From: Stegostoma tigrinum
Lineage: Eukaryota
Reading direction: 5' to 3'
Assembly: GCF_030684315.1 (NCBI RefSeq)
Contig: NC_081390.1
Location: 23,173,288 to 23,237,287, forward strand
DNA: 64,000 nucleotides
Part shown: piece after piece, positions 37,990 to 51,137 of the stretch
How positions within the stretch are numbered: position 1 is the first letter of the stretch
Layout: each line of letters opens with the position of its first letter
Position numbers and translations under genes: made by a program
The notes under the pieces: model-generated
Database searches by the model: none
The model's input: only the letters and a program-made list of their open reading frames with translations
What the model was told of the DNA's origin: nothing

Positions 37990-38650
37990 ATCCTCACTGC
38001 TGGGATCCCCAAACATTCACATGCAGATGCTATATCTAAAGCCCACATGCACACCACTTCAGATGCTGCAGCCGAGGAATTGACTGTCACACCGTGGGCC
38101 TTAAGTCACTGTGCTCAGGACAGAGCCCAGGGAGGGAGGTTAGCTCCTCGGTTTACTGCCTGGGACCTGGCGATACAGATGGAAGAAACTCCACATGCCA
38201 CCTGAATCCACCATTCTGGGTTGGCACAGCAGCCCAGGTTAGTGGATTGTCCTCTAAATACAATGTGGTGCGGACTGAAGGTCAATAACCTGCTCCCCCA
38301 CCCCCGAAAAATGGTGCCAGCATCTTCTCACACTGACAGGGCTCTCTGCTCACTCTTACTGTGCCATCGCACTCACCTCTCATTGTGGCGCACAGACTAT
38401 AACTCTCAACACTGCATGCTTCACGTCTGCTCAAGGGCTCTCCTTCACATCAACTTCCAAATTACCACCATCTGACTATATCCTGCATTACCACTAACGC
38501 GTCTTCAATCCCCTCCATTAGTCTTAAACCCTGCCTTTGTCTCATTGTAGGAAGGATTGTGTCCCAACCAGGCCAAGGACGGGCATGACTGCCACTGGGG
38601 GAGGTGGCAGGTCTGGGGCAGATATAAGGCTTTTCATGCCATGGGGGAAC
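37990..38650 (+). mobile_element. Possible decayed PIF/Harbinger Myb/SANT-like gene remnant
   Basis: Broken frames give RLAPRFTAWDL..., FW..TAAQVS...VVRT..., KVNNLL, resembling the Myb-like helix pattern of Harbinger ORF2. Inferred only. Confidence 0.4.
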
Positions 38651-39464
38651 AATCTTTCATGTGAATGGAGAACACTGCAACCTAGAGGAGGCTCCAGAGT
38701 GCTTCCTTTCAGTGATAGCTCTGGATTGTGTTCAGAAATGCCAAGCACAGGCAATGCTTTGCAGTTAGTGTCTCATTACTTTTGTTTCGCTCAAATGACA
38801 AGGAGGCAATTAGGGCCAATAATTGCAGGCGGCCATAATCATTCTTGGACAATGCTTGCTGATGCTGTAGACCTGTTGGGCTGAATGGTCTCCTTCTGTG
38901 TTGTAACACTTTTGTGATTCTGTGAAGAAGCACAGCTTGCTCTCAGTGGGTGGTATTACTGGATCAGCTGATGTGAGACAAATGTGACTGCCCTTAGTGG
39001 TTCAAACAAGTTATCTAGGCTGCTGAAGAAAGGCATAGTAACTAAGTCCACCAAGTCTGCACACACTGGCACCCATTTTGTCTTGCCATGGCACAGCTGA
39101 CGTTGTGTTGAGGTTGGTGAGGGTTTCCATCTCATGAGTGACTTGCAGGCTGGGACTGAGTCACACCGTCTTCCTGCTCCCTTGGTGCTGCTGTCCCTAT
39201 GTTTCTCATTCAGCCCCTTTATAAAGCCCTCAACTTTCCCAATTCATCACCCCATCCCCATACTTCCCCCTGAGCCCATGGCTTTGTAAATTACCACATA
39301 CTTGTCTATAAAGAGGCGAGAGTGATAGTGGCTGGTGAAACCCCCTGCCCTCAGCTCCCGGTCACCTCTTACGCTCCAAGAGACCCTACTTTTCTATCTT
39401 GAATTGCCCCATTTGCTGTAATCACTTCCTCAATGATTAAGTCCTGCTTCCTGAGGAAGCTTAG

Positions 39465-39832
39465 CAAATTTGGCAAGTTCATAAGGACTCTCATCAACTT
39501 TTACAGATGCACCACATCCTTGGTTATACTTCCTTCCAACCTCTTCTGTTCGGGAGAAGATACAGAAGCTTGAACACACTCACCAACAGATTCAAGAAAA
39601 GTTTCTTCCCTGCTGTTAATAGACTGCCAAATGGACCTCTCTAATTTCAAATCGAATGTTAATCTTGCTTCATGGACCTCTTGTGCAGCTATAACCTTGT
39701 ATGCCTCACTCAGTCTAAACACCCTATGATCTGTATGTCCTTGTTTGATATGATCTGCCTGTACTGCTCACAAAACAAAGCTTTTCACTATATCTAGCTA
39801 CATGTGACAACAATAAATTAAATCAAATCAAA
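39465..39832 (+). mobile_element. Rex1/Babar-like LINE fragment, internally deleted
   Basis: TTTTACAGATGCACC (FYRCT) joined to LPS-GRRYRSL...RFKKSFFP-type sequence; AAATC tail. Confidence 0.75.
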
Positions 39833-40419
39833 GCCCAGCTCCAGACATGAAACTCCTATTTTTCCTCGGATTGATGCATATTCCCAGGATCTGGATATGA
39901 GAAATAGCTCCAACTGATTATGATCCATAATTATGACTGAACTATTTGTATTCCTGGACTGATGCCCTTGTTAAAGTGCAAAATAGATTTTGTTTCCCCT
40001 GTTGTGTTAAAAAACGTCCACATTGTTTTGTTAAAAATAATTGGCAGGCTCTTGTCAACATGTTCAGTGACTGGCCACCACAGAAACCAAATTACAAAGA
40101 TAAATCTGATGGTCTATCAAGTCAGGTTTCTCTCTGGGATTAGACTTGTCAATTACTTCCATCAACTGGGATCACAACAATTGAGCTACACCCTCTTATT
40201 ATGTGCAGCAATTAATAAGTGCAAAATTTTGGAGAGAATTATTCATATCTCTCAATACTGAGCCTTTCAGTACACAAATGTACAACATGAGCAGACTCCT
40301 CCAAACATGTACTAAAGACGAATCCCAAACCGTGCTGGCTGATGCGGTGGCCTAGTTAAATAAAGTGGAACAATTCAGTTCTTTCATTTGAGCTTACTCA
40401 CAGCACCCATCATTTAAAA

Positions 40420-40940
40420 CATAACAGTTAGGAGCAGGGAGAGGCCATTCAGCCATTCTAGCCAGCTTCACTTTTTAATACAATCACAGTTGATGTCAGC
40501 TCAGCCTCAACTCCACTTTCCATCCTATCCAGCCTTTCTTTATAACTGAAACCTTCCATACCCAGCAACATCCTGGCAAATCCCCTTTGAACCGTCTCCA
40601 GCTTTATAATATTCTTCTTATGTCTGGACTTGATCTAGTGAAACCTCCTCTGAGCTGCCTCCAATGCAACTACATTCCTCCTCAAGTAACAGGACAAAAA
40701 CTGTATGCAATACTCCAGGTACAGTCTCCTTGGTGCCTTGTACAATTGCGGCCACACGTTCCTAATTTTATATTTTATTTTGTTAGCAATTAATGCCAAA
40801 GTTCTATTTATTTTCCTTATTACCTGCTACACCTGTATATTGGGTTTCTGCCATTCATGTGTGAGAACGTTCTGAGGTTTCTCTTCATTTAGATAATAAG
40901 TTGCCTTTCTATTCCTGTTATTTAAATGGATAGCCTCACA
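40420..40940 (-). mobile_element. CR1 LINE fragments
   Basis: ORF 40827..41063 NKCEAIHL..RNRKATYYLNEE plus CR1 tail. Confidence 0.75.
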
Positions 40941-41243
40941 TTTATTTAGTAAACGATTATCAAAATTGCCCATCTCCTTCCCATTTCCACACAAACAGTT
41001 ATACAGATTAAACCGAGGCATGTTACCTGTAAATTCATATTCACGGGATGCCGCAAACAGCATTTCTTAATCTATCTGACACATGTCACAAGAATGATCA
41101 CTGACCACTTGAGGGATGATGACATGCAAACAACACTGGTGTCACATTTTGCTGACTGCCATGACATTATCTCTCAGCTGCTGGTGGGAAAGGTTTAGAT
41201 CTGTGGGTCAGGGAGAAATGCACAGTTGTAAAAGAGTCCTTAC

Positions 41244-41402
41244 CACAATACTAACGACGATGAGTCCAACAGACGCATTCTCAAACAAGCTCACGTTGTA
41301 TAGCGATTGGCTAAATACTGGCCTGTTATCGTTTTCATTGATTAGGTCAATCTTGACACGAGCAAAGCCAACATGATCGGAGGATGTCTCGTTTGCAAAA
41401 AT
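41244..41402 (-). CDS. CDH23: Cadherin-23 coding exon, 159 bp, phase 0/0 (EC4-5 linker, start of EC5; equivalent to human exon 14)
   Basis: caacag|ATT...GTG|gtaagg. Translates IFANETSSDHVGFARVKIDLINENDNRPVFSQSLYNVSLFENASVGLIVVSIV, matching recalled human LFANESVPDHVGYAKVKITLINENDNRPIFSQPLYNISLYEN. Missed by the ORF track. Confidence 0.96.
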
Positions 41403-42039
41403 CTGTTGCCAAAATGAAAGTAAAGGAAGAGTTTGGGTGGACTTGGAGAGAATATAGTTACATTACATAATGTAAAAACTTCAAAATAAATAGCATGCAG
41501 CATTCAAGACAAGAGTTTGTTCTACATTCATGAAGCTTGCATGTATTCTACTAGAACATATACCAGCTAATGTTTCATAATGTACTTTACAGATAGGAAC
41601 AAACTAAAATTCTCTCTCTTCCTGTCACCAGCTTATTCATTTCTTTCCTCTGTTTGTCCTTTCTATCTGTTTATGCTGCATTATTTCTTTATGGCTAACC
41701 TTTTCTCCCCATTCGTTCTGTAATGGCATCCTATTGTCTCCCTTTTCTGCACACTCCCCGTTACCACGTTATGGTTGATCAATTACTAACTATTGCATTA
41801 TTGAAGACGTGGGAGACAGTAAGGAACATGGGTGTATATGATACCCACCACCATCCAAACCTCAATGGGCAGGAGAGAACTAGCCATGGGTTGGACAGAG
41901 AGGCATGAAACATACCTCTTGGTTGCATCTACTACTTTATGACCATAGGACCATAAGAAATAGGAATAACAGTAGGTCGTTCAGTCCCTCGAGCCTACTC
42001 CACCCTTCAACAGAATCATAGCTGATCCAACATTCCTAA

Positions 42040-42613
42040 TGTCTTTTCTTCCTTGGGTGTCTCAGGAAATTTGCCATGTCCATAAGGTCCCTCACCGACT
42101 CGTCAGAGGCACCATCAAAAGCATATTGTCCAGGCGTGTAATGGTCTGGTATGGTAACTGCTCTGCCCAGGACTATAAGAAACGACAGAAGGTGGTGCGC
42201 ACAGCCCAGACCATCAAAGAAGCCAACCTTCCATCCATGGACTCTATTTACACAGCTCACTGCCGAGGACAGGCGACCAACATCAAAGACCCAGCATACC
42301 CTGGTGATGCTCTCCTACAACCTCTTCCGTCAGGTAGAAGTTACAGAAACCTGAACACGCGCGCCAGCAAGATCAGAAACAGTTTCTTCCGGGCCATCAT
42401 CAGATTGATGAATGGACTCTGTAGCCTCAAGTAATGCTGACCTCACTAACATTGGTCTTGCCGAGTGCATGCCCTGTGCAACGTAACTTGTATGTATCTG
42501 TCTAAGTCTTTTTGATCTGCACATCCTTGCTTACCATGATCTGCCTGTACTGCTCATAGACATAGATTGTTCACCATACTTTGGTACATGTGACAATCAA
42601 TCAATCAATCAAA
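42040..42613 (+). mobile_element. Rex1/Babar-like LINE 3' end
   Basis: ORF 42039..42434 TIKSILSRRVMVWYGNCSAQD...KDPAYPG...LPSGRSYR...IRNSFFRAIIRLMN; (AATC)n tail. Confidence 0.88.
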
Positions 42614-43276
42614 TGAGCCTCATGTTCGAGAGAGGTGGATATTTCAAGAAAATATTTAAAACTGGTGTTAATTAAGAGCCTGATATAAAATTCATTAATT
42701 TCACTATAGAATATAATGACTTTCTTGACAGCTGCTGAAATCACAATTTATAACAAAAAATGCAAAGTTTATTCAACTGTTTTCTTCAAATTATGAGTAC
42801 ATAATTCTAGCATTCACAAAGAGAATGGAGACTCTGTTATCTTTTTATTAAGAAAAGCAGTATTTTACCATATCTGAAAACCCAACTCTTGTTGAATGGC
42901 AGAATGGGCTCGAGGATTTGAATCTTGTTCTGGTGTTGATGTTTCTAGAAACTGAGGATGACCACACCTGAGATGCTGTACCTGCATCGCCGTGGTTTAT
43001 GTGACACACCGAGTAATGCAAATGTGCAACGTCCATTGAATAAAACCTGGCTTTATCAAAAGTTTAGGTCAAGTTATGTTCCAGGTGAGGCCTACAGGAA
43101 AACAGTGGTGATCACTCCATCCCATCTGATACAGTAGGGTTTGAGTTGTTTTGTATTCATTCACAGGATTCACATTTATTTCCCGAATAACGGTCAACCA
43201 CATTGCTGTGGATCTGGAGTCACATGTCAGCCAGATCAGGTAAGGATTGGCGCCTTCTCCATATGAGTTTTTTGTA

Positions 43277-43562
43277 GGATCTGTACCATGTGGCAACAGG
43301 CCATTCAGCCCATTGAATCCACACTGACCCCCTGAAGAGCATCCCAACCAGACCTACCCTCTATCCTATCTCTGTAGCCCTGCATTTCCCATGGCCAATC
43401 TAGCTAACATGCACATCTTTGGATTGTGGGAGGAAACTGCAGCACCTGGAAGAAATGCACACAGACAGGAGAATGAACAAACTCCAAACAGACAGTCACC
43501 CGAGGGTGGAATTGAACCTGAGTCCTTTGTATTGTGAGGCAGCAGTGCTAACCACTGAGCCT
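43277..43562 (-). mobile_element. HE1-like SINE nested in a SINE-b
   Basis: HE1 head and body; SINE-b sequence on both sides. Confidence 0.87.
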
Positions 43563-43816
43563 TCCACTTAAGTGACAATTAACAGCGGTTTTACGGTCAC
43601 CATTAGACCCTTTATTCCAGATATTTTGTTGAATTCAAATTACACCATTAACCATGGTGGGATTTGAAATGGGGTCCCCAGGGCATTACCTGGGTCTCTG
43701 GATTAACAGTCCAATGATAATACCATGAGGCTGTTCCCTTCCCCAGAAAGCAGTGAGAAGCATTGCTGAATTGTAGCCCCACAGGTTGTACCAAGGAACC
43801 AGGGGAGAAGATCTGG

Positions 43817-43881
43817 GCTTTCCTGCTCCTTTGATGCTGCCTGGCCTGCTGTGTTCCTCCAGCTCTACACTTTGTTATCTC
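43817..43881 (+). mobile_element. 65-bp PLE family A insertion starting at the predicted hammerhead cleavage site
   Basis: GCTTTCCTGCTCC...TTGTTATCTC. TSD AGAAGATCTGG/AGAAGATGTGG (43806-43816, 43882-43892). Confidence 0.8.
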
Positions 43882-46604
43882 AGAAGATGTGGTCTTCCCT
43901 TTGGCTCTTCAGAAGGGCACGAGTGGAGTAATTAGACATTTGGAAGTTCCACATATATTATCAACATTACCACACCCTGAAACACTGGGAACTGGCAGCT
44001 GAAAGTCAGCGTTTGTTTACAGAATATATAATTGACTGCATTTTAACTTCTGATTACTTCCTTTGATATATGAATGGAAATGATTTGAATGTTCGGCAAG
44101 TTTCCATTATCTTGGTAACGGGATCTGAAGACACAGAGTACTTTTTTCCTAATTGAGACCCAAAGGCATAAATGTTTACGCTTGAGTGTGCGAAAAAAAA
44201 ATTAACAATCTCTCTACAAAATATTAAAGTCCATGTAAAGCTAATTTAGCTCAAGGCCATAAATCTTCAGAAAATAGCTGACAAATTAGGAGCTCAGAAT
44301 GCACACTAGTGACAGAAATAAAAATGGGAAGTGCTGGAGTAGCTCAGCAGGTCTGGCAGCATCAGTGGAGAGAGAAGCAGAGTTAATGTTTCAGGTCGAA
44401 GACCTTACATCAGAAGAAAGATTAAAAAAGCAGTGGTTTTAGGCAGCATAATGGGGTTGGGTGTAATATGAATGAATGGGAAGGCCTGTGATAGGAAGGG
44501 AGAAGGATGCATTAAATGAAGGAGGAGTTCGGAATGGGTGTTGTAAAGGAATCAAAGGGTGCCTACAGCAGCTGTGTATGACAGAATGACATACAATCAT
44601 CTGAAAGGAACTACAGAATAACAAAGCTAAAACCTTTTCTTTATTCATTTATGGGATGTGGGTGTCACTGGCTGGGCCAACATTTTATTGACAAATCTCT
44701 CATTGACCTTGAGAAGGTGCTGCCTTCTAGAATTGCTGCAGACTCTGGGGTATATGGGTTGGGGAGGGAGTTCCAGGATTTTACTCAGTGACACTGAAGG
44801 AACAGTGATGTATTTCCAAGTCAGGATGGTGAGTGGCCTGGATGGGAGCTTGTTCCTATGTATCTGCTGCCCTTGTCCTGCTTGATGGAAGTGGTCATGT
44901 GTTTGCAAAGAGCTGTCTAAGGAACCTTGGTGAATTTCTCAGCGCACCTCATGGATGGTACATACTGCTGCTAAAAACAGAAATAAAATAGATGCAGGGA
45001 CTCTGGCACAAGACTACTGAACTCAAAGTTGAATCTAGAATAATTCCTAACTTTGCACAAATTCTCTGTACTTAAATCCCAAATAAAAACAAAGCATATT
45101 TACAGATTGAATAACAGACGAAGCCTTTCCATGGGTCTAACTGGAACGGGTTCAAATTGAACAGTGGAGTCAGATGAATAAATTATTGATAAACAGCTGA
45201 ATAAAGCTGTCGGAGGTGCACAGTACAGGGCTTAATTTCTAGAAGTACAGAATTCAAAAGTAAGTTGAACTTTATTGATCTCTTTCTGCACCTTCTCTGC
45301 TGCTGTAACATTGTGTTCTGCACTCTGTTCAGTCTCCCTGCTGTATTTGATGGTACGTTCTGCCGGTATAGCACAGAAGACAATACTTCTCACTGTATCT
45401 CAAAAGATGTAACAATACTAATACCAATACTAATCATTAACAATAAAGCCTTGAGTAGTGAGAATCTCAAAAGTGCTGTATGTAGCTTTGTCTTCTTATA
45501 TTATAAAGAAAAGAGAAAAGCACAAACCAGGAGCAAAAATGATTTGCATTGGTGATACCTGAAGTGAGAAGATATAGTTTCAGTAAAGTCTCAACAGACT
45601 TGAACTCAGGACTTGTGGGCAGATGGAGAAAAACAGAGTTAACGTTTCAAGTACAGCCTCAGTCTTCCCTGGAAGAGATATGCAGATGAAGAAGAGTGGA
45701 GGGAGGAAGGTGTGGATGACAGACACCAGCCTGGAGTGGATGGGCTGCATGGCCTGTTTCCATACTTGAAGGTTCTATGTCTCACTGCTGTACAGTCTCC
45801 AGATTGTTTAGTGCACAACTTCAATTACAGAGCTATCAAAGGATTGTAAGATTATTAAGACCTCAAGTTATCTCCTTTCCAGGGCTTTACAAGAAAAATC
45901 TACCTCTATCCACATCATTACACTGCTTGACGAGGCAATTATAAACACATGCAAACAAGCATTCAGTGCACATATGGCCTCATAATATTGGTCAATGAAG
46001 GATCTCTGCTCTATTAACAATAAGAGTCTGCTTAGACTTGTTTGCTTTATAAATAAGAACAATTAAGCTGTGCTATGTCTTAACAGCGACATGCCATAAA
46101 GACAGTAACACTGTTAAAAACTAAAGGAACAATTAAGAAACTCAAAGCAAAACAAGCCACGAATGAAGAAAGTATCAATGCAAGTTCGTACATGAGTACA
46201 CCAGCAACTTTTATTTGACAAATGTAGCAGACATCTTCAACACAGCACAATCCAAAAGCATGGGATAAATGGTCAAGTGATAGGTTTCTGGTGGAATTGG
46301 ATTTTTAAACATTTTAAAATTCATTGACAGGACAAGGGCATCACTGGCTAGGCCAGCATTTATTGCCCATGCGTGATTGCCCAGAGGGCAGTTGAGAATC
46401 AACCACATTATAGTGAGTCAGGTGTCACATATATGTTAGACCATGTAAAGATGGCAGTTTCAGATTAAGTGAACCGGGCGGGTTTTCCTGACAATCGATA
46501 ATGGTTCCATGGTTATCATTCGACTCTTAATTCCAGATCTTTATTGAATTCAGATTCTACCAATGTGCCATGGCAGGGTTCAAACCTGGCTCCCCAGGAA
46601 ATTA

Positions 46605-46831
46605 AGAACAAAAACAGAAGTTGCTTGGAAACCTCAGCAGGTCTGGTAGCACCTATGAAGGGAAATCAGAGTGAACATTTCGGGTCCAGTGACCCTTCCT
46701 CAGAATGTTGGGTCACCAGAACCGAAACGTTAACTCTGATTTTTCTTCACAGATGCTGCCAGATCTGTTGAGCCTTTCCTGCAATTTCTGTTTATGTTCC
46801 TGATTTACAGCATCCACAGCTCTTTCATTTT
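46605..46831. mobile_element. Fold-back PLE family B element inserted in a SINE-b
   Basis: Inverted arms about 46605-46694 and 46710-46799. TSD CCCCAGGAAATTA/CCCCAGAAAATTA (46592-46604, 46832-46844). Confidence 0.87.
46674..46703 (-). ncRNA. Minimal hammerhead ribozyme motif (family B), core intact
   Basis: CUGAGGA-A-GGGUC-ACUG-GACCC-GAAA-UGUU. Confidence 0.75.
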
Positions 46832-48943
46832 CCCCAGAAAATTACCTGGATCTCTGGATTAGCAACCCAGCAATAATATCACAAGGCCACTGCCTCCCCT
46901 GGCTATGAGCAGAATGTGATCAAAGACAGCTGGAAAGCACCCTCTTCCCCTGTGAGCATTGCAAAGGAGTCATAAACATCATTTTACTTGTGACATTGGA
47001 AGGGAACATTGCAACTTCTCGCATTCCAGTTGCCTGAGATTTATTGTCAGATGGCTCTGTGCAGCAAAATACCGAGGCGGTGGGGGGAGGTCATTCACAA
47101 ACAATTTATCAAGTTTCCTGATTGAATGATATCTGAGCATAGAGCTGGTCTCGAAAACTCATTGCTTCAGATCGCGAGTGACATCCTTTTCATTCAGTAC
47201 CGTGATGCCACTTGAAGGTAACAAGCCAGAGCACCAGATCAGAGCTGGTACACACTCCAGCAGAATGTAAATTGCTGTCTAATGAGATTTTGCATTGTGC
47301 ACACACTTCATTCTGCTGGCATTTAGTTTAGCAGCTGTGGTGGTGGAAAATGGGCAGTCTGTACGATTACTTTGTACCAGGGTGACATGATAGCTCACAG
47401 CAATTCACAATACAAACAAAGTCACCGCAATCGGTGTCGGAAGCAGGCATTGTATTATCTCCAAGCGTCTGAATTAAGATTCAATTCTGAATATTAAATT
47501 TCTCCCAGTTTGTTTTCCCTGTTATTTCACACCTTCCAGTTATGTTTGCCTGATATAATCGTCCTGGTAGACGGTTGAGCTATTTTTAAACCTTGAGTTT
47601 TTGTGGACGTGTGCTCTGCACAGTCTGAATCTCTTCACCCCCTTGTTTCTACTTGGGTTGTGAGGATCGAGGAATCTCTTTTACAAGGACCAGCTAAGCT
47701 GCTATTTTCTGGAGGCTGGGTAGAAGCAGCAGAATTCCTCAGATATCTCCCTCGGAGCAACTCAGTCTCAGATGCTGCTGGAGTAGTATCAGAGGGGATG
47801 GATTGTGCATTCCATCACTGCTTGGCAGAGTATCCAAGTCTTGATCTTGGCTTGATGTCCCTGATGATCTGAAGGTCAACTACGTGCGGGCTGAGTAAAG
47901 GCAAGGTGAGACATGGCGAGGGCTGATTCTCATTGTTTGTGCTCTCAGTAGGGTGGCCCGTTGACTGGAGGTCACCTCAGTGAATGGTAGGTCAACTGGG
48001 CAGGGTGCCAGAACACTGCTTGAATGTCTGCAGAAATATATTTTGGTGTGAAGCAAACAGCTTCAGGAGAGGAGAGGCATGCAAAAAGATACTCATGAAA
48101 AATGCAAAAGTGCCGTGATCAAGACTCCAAACAATTCCAGCTTACATTCTGATTCCATTTTCTCTCCGCTGGTACGGACTGCCCTGCTAATCTACTCACT
48201 TCCGGTCTGAGTGGTCTCCTTTTCACCAAGCATGTTTAATCCATGTACGCCTCCAAATTTCCACTGGGACAGCTGGCAAACTCTCACCTCCACTCACCAA
48301 CAGCCTCATAAGTAACATCCGTCCACCGTCCTCAGTTCGGCCCAGTGCACCTAACTGTGCTCAATTGCCCTAAGTGGCGAGTGGCAGGCAATGAACTGCC
48401 CCCGCCAAAGTATTCTCACAGAGTCATACAGTCATACTGCACACAAACTGACCCTTCGGCCCAACAAGTACAGACTGACAGTAATCCCAAACTAAACTAG
48501 CCCCACCTGCCTGCTCTTGGCCCAAATGCCCCCAAACCTTGCCTATTCATGAACTTGTCCAAATGTCTTTTAAACACTGTAACTGCACCCACATCCCCCA
48601 TTTCCTCAGGAAGTTCATTCCACACGCAAGCCACTCTCTGTGTTAAAATAGTTGCCCCTCATGTCCTTTTTACTCTTTCCCCTCGCATCGCAGGGTATTC
48701 TTTGAACCTCACATAGGTCGGATTGAAAGCATCTGTCCCCCTTAGTTGAAGGGTCAATAATAAGGAGGCAACATTTTAAAGAGAAAGCCAGGACAGATCC
48801 TGAATGCATTCTCACTGCGTGAAAACTGTCCCACTATAAGGCTTTCCTCCCTTTTCCATTGCTATTTATTTTGATCTGCTCCGTAGGAACCTCCTTTCGG
48901 AGGGGCTGTTTTCTTGGGAGCAGAGAAGGCTGAGGGGGAATCT

Positions 48944-49296
48944 GGGTGGCACTGTGGCTCAGGGGCTAGCACTGCTGCCTCACAGCACCAGGAACCCGGG
49001 CTCAATTCCAGGCGCAGGCAACTGTGTGGAGTTTGCACATTCTCCCTGTGTCTGTGCGGGTTTCCTCCCGGTGCTCCGGTTTCCTCCCACAGACCAAAGA
49101 TGTGCTGGTTAGGCTGGATCAGCCATGCTAAATTGCCCGTAGTGTCGAGGGATGTGCAGGTTATGTGGAGTAGCCTTGGGAAATGCTGGGTCACAGGGAA
49201 ATGGTAGGGGGCTAGGTCTGTCTGGGATGCTCTTTGGAGGGATCAGTGTGGACCTGAAGGGCAGAATGGCCTGTTTCCACACTGTCGGGATTCTAT
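48944..49296 (+). mobile_element. HE1-like SINE within a cluster of CR1 tail fragments (about 48420-49620)
   Basis: Full-length HE1 body ending GGGATTCTAT. Confidence 0.9.
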
Positions 49297-50281
49297 AACT
49301 GTTCTCCTTAGTTGAAAGGTCAATAACAAGGGAGTATAATTTTAAAGTAAAAGGCAGAAGGTTTAGGGGTGATTTGAGGAAAAACCTATTCACCTAGAAG
49401 GTGATGGGGTTCTGGAATACATGGTCTGAGAAGGGAGTTGTGGAAGGAAACCTCACGACTTTCAAAAAAGGTACTTGAATGTTATGACGCTTCAAGTATT
49501 CATCCAAGGCTATGGGCCTGGTGCCAGCAAGCAGGACTGGTGTAGCTAGTACTGCATTTTGGGTGGTATAGCTTGAGGGGGCAAAGGGCCTCACCTGTAC
49601 TGTACGATTCTACGATTCACAAAAAGGTTGGAGGAGCTGGAAAACAACACTTTTTGTTTTGTTTCAGATTTCCAGCAGCATTCTATATTGCATTAATCCC
49701 GATAACTTCCCCATCCCCCCATTCCAATATCTCTACTGATCAATAAATAGAAAGCACGTGAAGAAAACAAAGAACCTCAGTTTTCTTTCAAACTCAATAC
49801 ATTTCTTTTCTCTGCTGGGTAGAAAAAAAACTGTTCTGGAGATAAATTTGACTCCTGGAGAGGTGACATCTCTGTGAGCCATGGGAAACAATCCCCTCTC
49901 AGGGGACGGCGATGAATAAAAGCCAAAATGCAGCAGGTGCTGGAAATCTGAAACAGAACCCCTCAATCCGCGTACCACACTCGAAACATTAACCAAAACA
50001 TAAAATCAGCAGGTCTGCAGCATCTGTGGAGATACAGGGCAGAGTTAATGTTCGATTCCCCGTCAGGGAACATTGATTTTTGTGGGGAGGCAATGACCTA
50101 GTGGTATTATTGCTGGACTATTAATCCAGAAACTCGGCTCATGCTATGGGGACATGGATTGAAATCCCACCATGACAGCTGACAAATAAAGAATCTTGAA
50201 TGAAGGGTCTAATGATGACCATGAACCCATTGTTGATAATTGGAAAAAAACTATCTGGTTCACTAATGTCCTTTGGAGAAG

Positions 50282-50497
50282 TGTAGTGATTGCAAGCAAT
50301 GGATTTTATCGACTATAGGATCCTTCATTGCGGCTGTTAACTTGGGCCAATCAGGGAGCCCTGGCTGATGGATATAAATAGGGGATTGAGAGTCTCCTCA
50401 CTTTTGGGACTGACTGAGCTGGTTGGTCACAGCCAGAGGTACATGTAAATAAAGGGTGACCTGGTGCTGGGATACTATCCTCTGTGCAGTTACCTCA
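50282..50497 (+). mobile_element. 216-bp solo LTR inserted in a SINE-b
   Basis: TG...CA ends, CCAAT, TATAAATA and AATAAA in LTR order. Flanks AGAAG/TGAAG look like a TSD. Confidence 0.8.
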
Positions 50498-50912
50498 TGA
50501 AGGAAAGTGCGATCCTTATGTGGTCTGGCCTACATGTGACTCCGACCCACAGCAATGGGGTTGACACTTAACTGACCTCTGGGCAATGAGGGATGGGCAA
50601 TTAAGTGCTGGTTTGGCTGGAGATGACCACATTCCATGAGTGAATTAAAAAAATGATGTTTGGGTCCAGTGACACTTCTTGAGAACTCAGAATGAAGCGT
50701 TAAGTCTGTTTCTTTCTCTATGGGTGCAGCCAGGCATGCTGAGATCTTCCAGCATTCTTGGAGCTTTGTGGGGTTTTAATGGAGTCCAGCCACAGACCAG
50801 CCAGTAAACTGCTGAACAAGGCTCTAGGGACCAAACTGACCTTCCCCTTATGTTGTAGTAAGAGAGAAAATAAAAAATCACACCTGAAATGGAGTCTAAT
50901 CAAACAACTTAC

Positions 50913-51062
50913 CGAGAATTCATAGTGAGCGATGTGCTCAAAATCTAGAGGCAGTGCCACTCGCACCCGGACGTCGACCTTCCCCTGGCCTGATGTTGGA
51001 GAAATGGTAAAATGCTCAGAGTTATTTCCCATGAGCTGGATGTCAAACATGCTGTTGGGTGC
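50913..51062 (-). CDS. CDH23: Cadherin-23 coding exon, 150 bp, phase 0/0 (EC4; equivalent to human exon 13)
   Basis: ctttccag|GCA...TCG|gtaagt. Translates APNSMFDIQLMGNNSEHFTISPTSGQGKVDVRVRVALPLDFEHIAHYEFS, matching recalled human GLNSMFEVYLVGNNSHHFIISPTSVQGKADIRIRVAIPLDYE. Overlaps ORF 50718..51050. Confidence 0.96.
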
Positions 51063-51137
51063 CTGGAAAGGGAAGAGAAATGAAAATTACATATTTCTCT
51101 TCCAGCAACAACTTAGGGTGGCAGAAAGTTAGCACGG

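Noticed and set aside
47480-48330. Non-SINE stretch that might be retroelement internal sequence or a nested gene
   Set aside because: No recognisable domain or splice-bounded frame by eye; cannot be supported.
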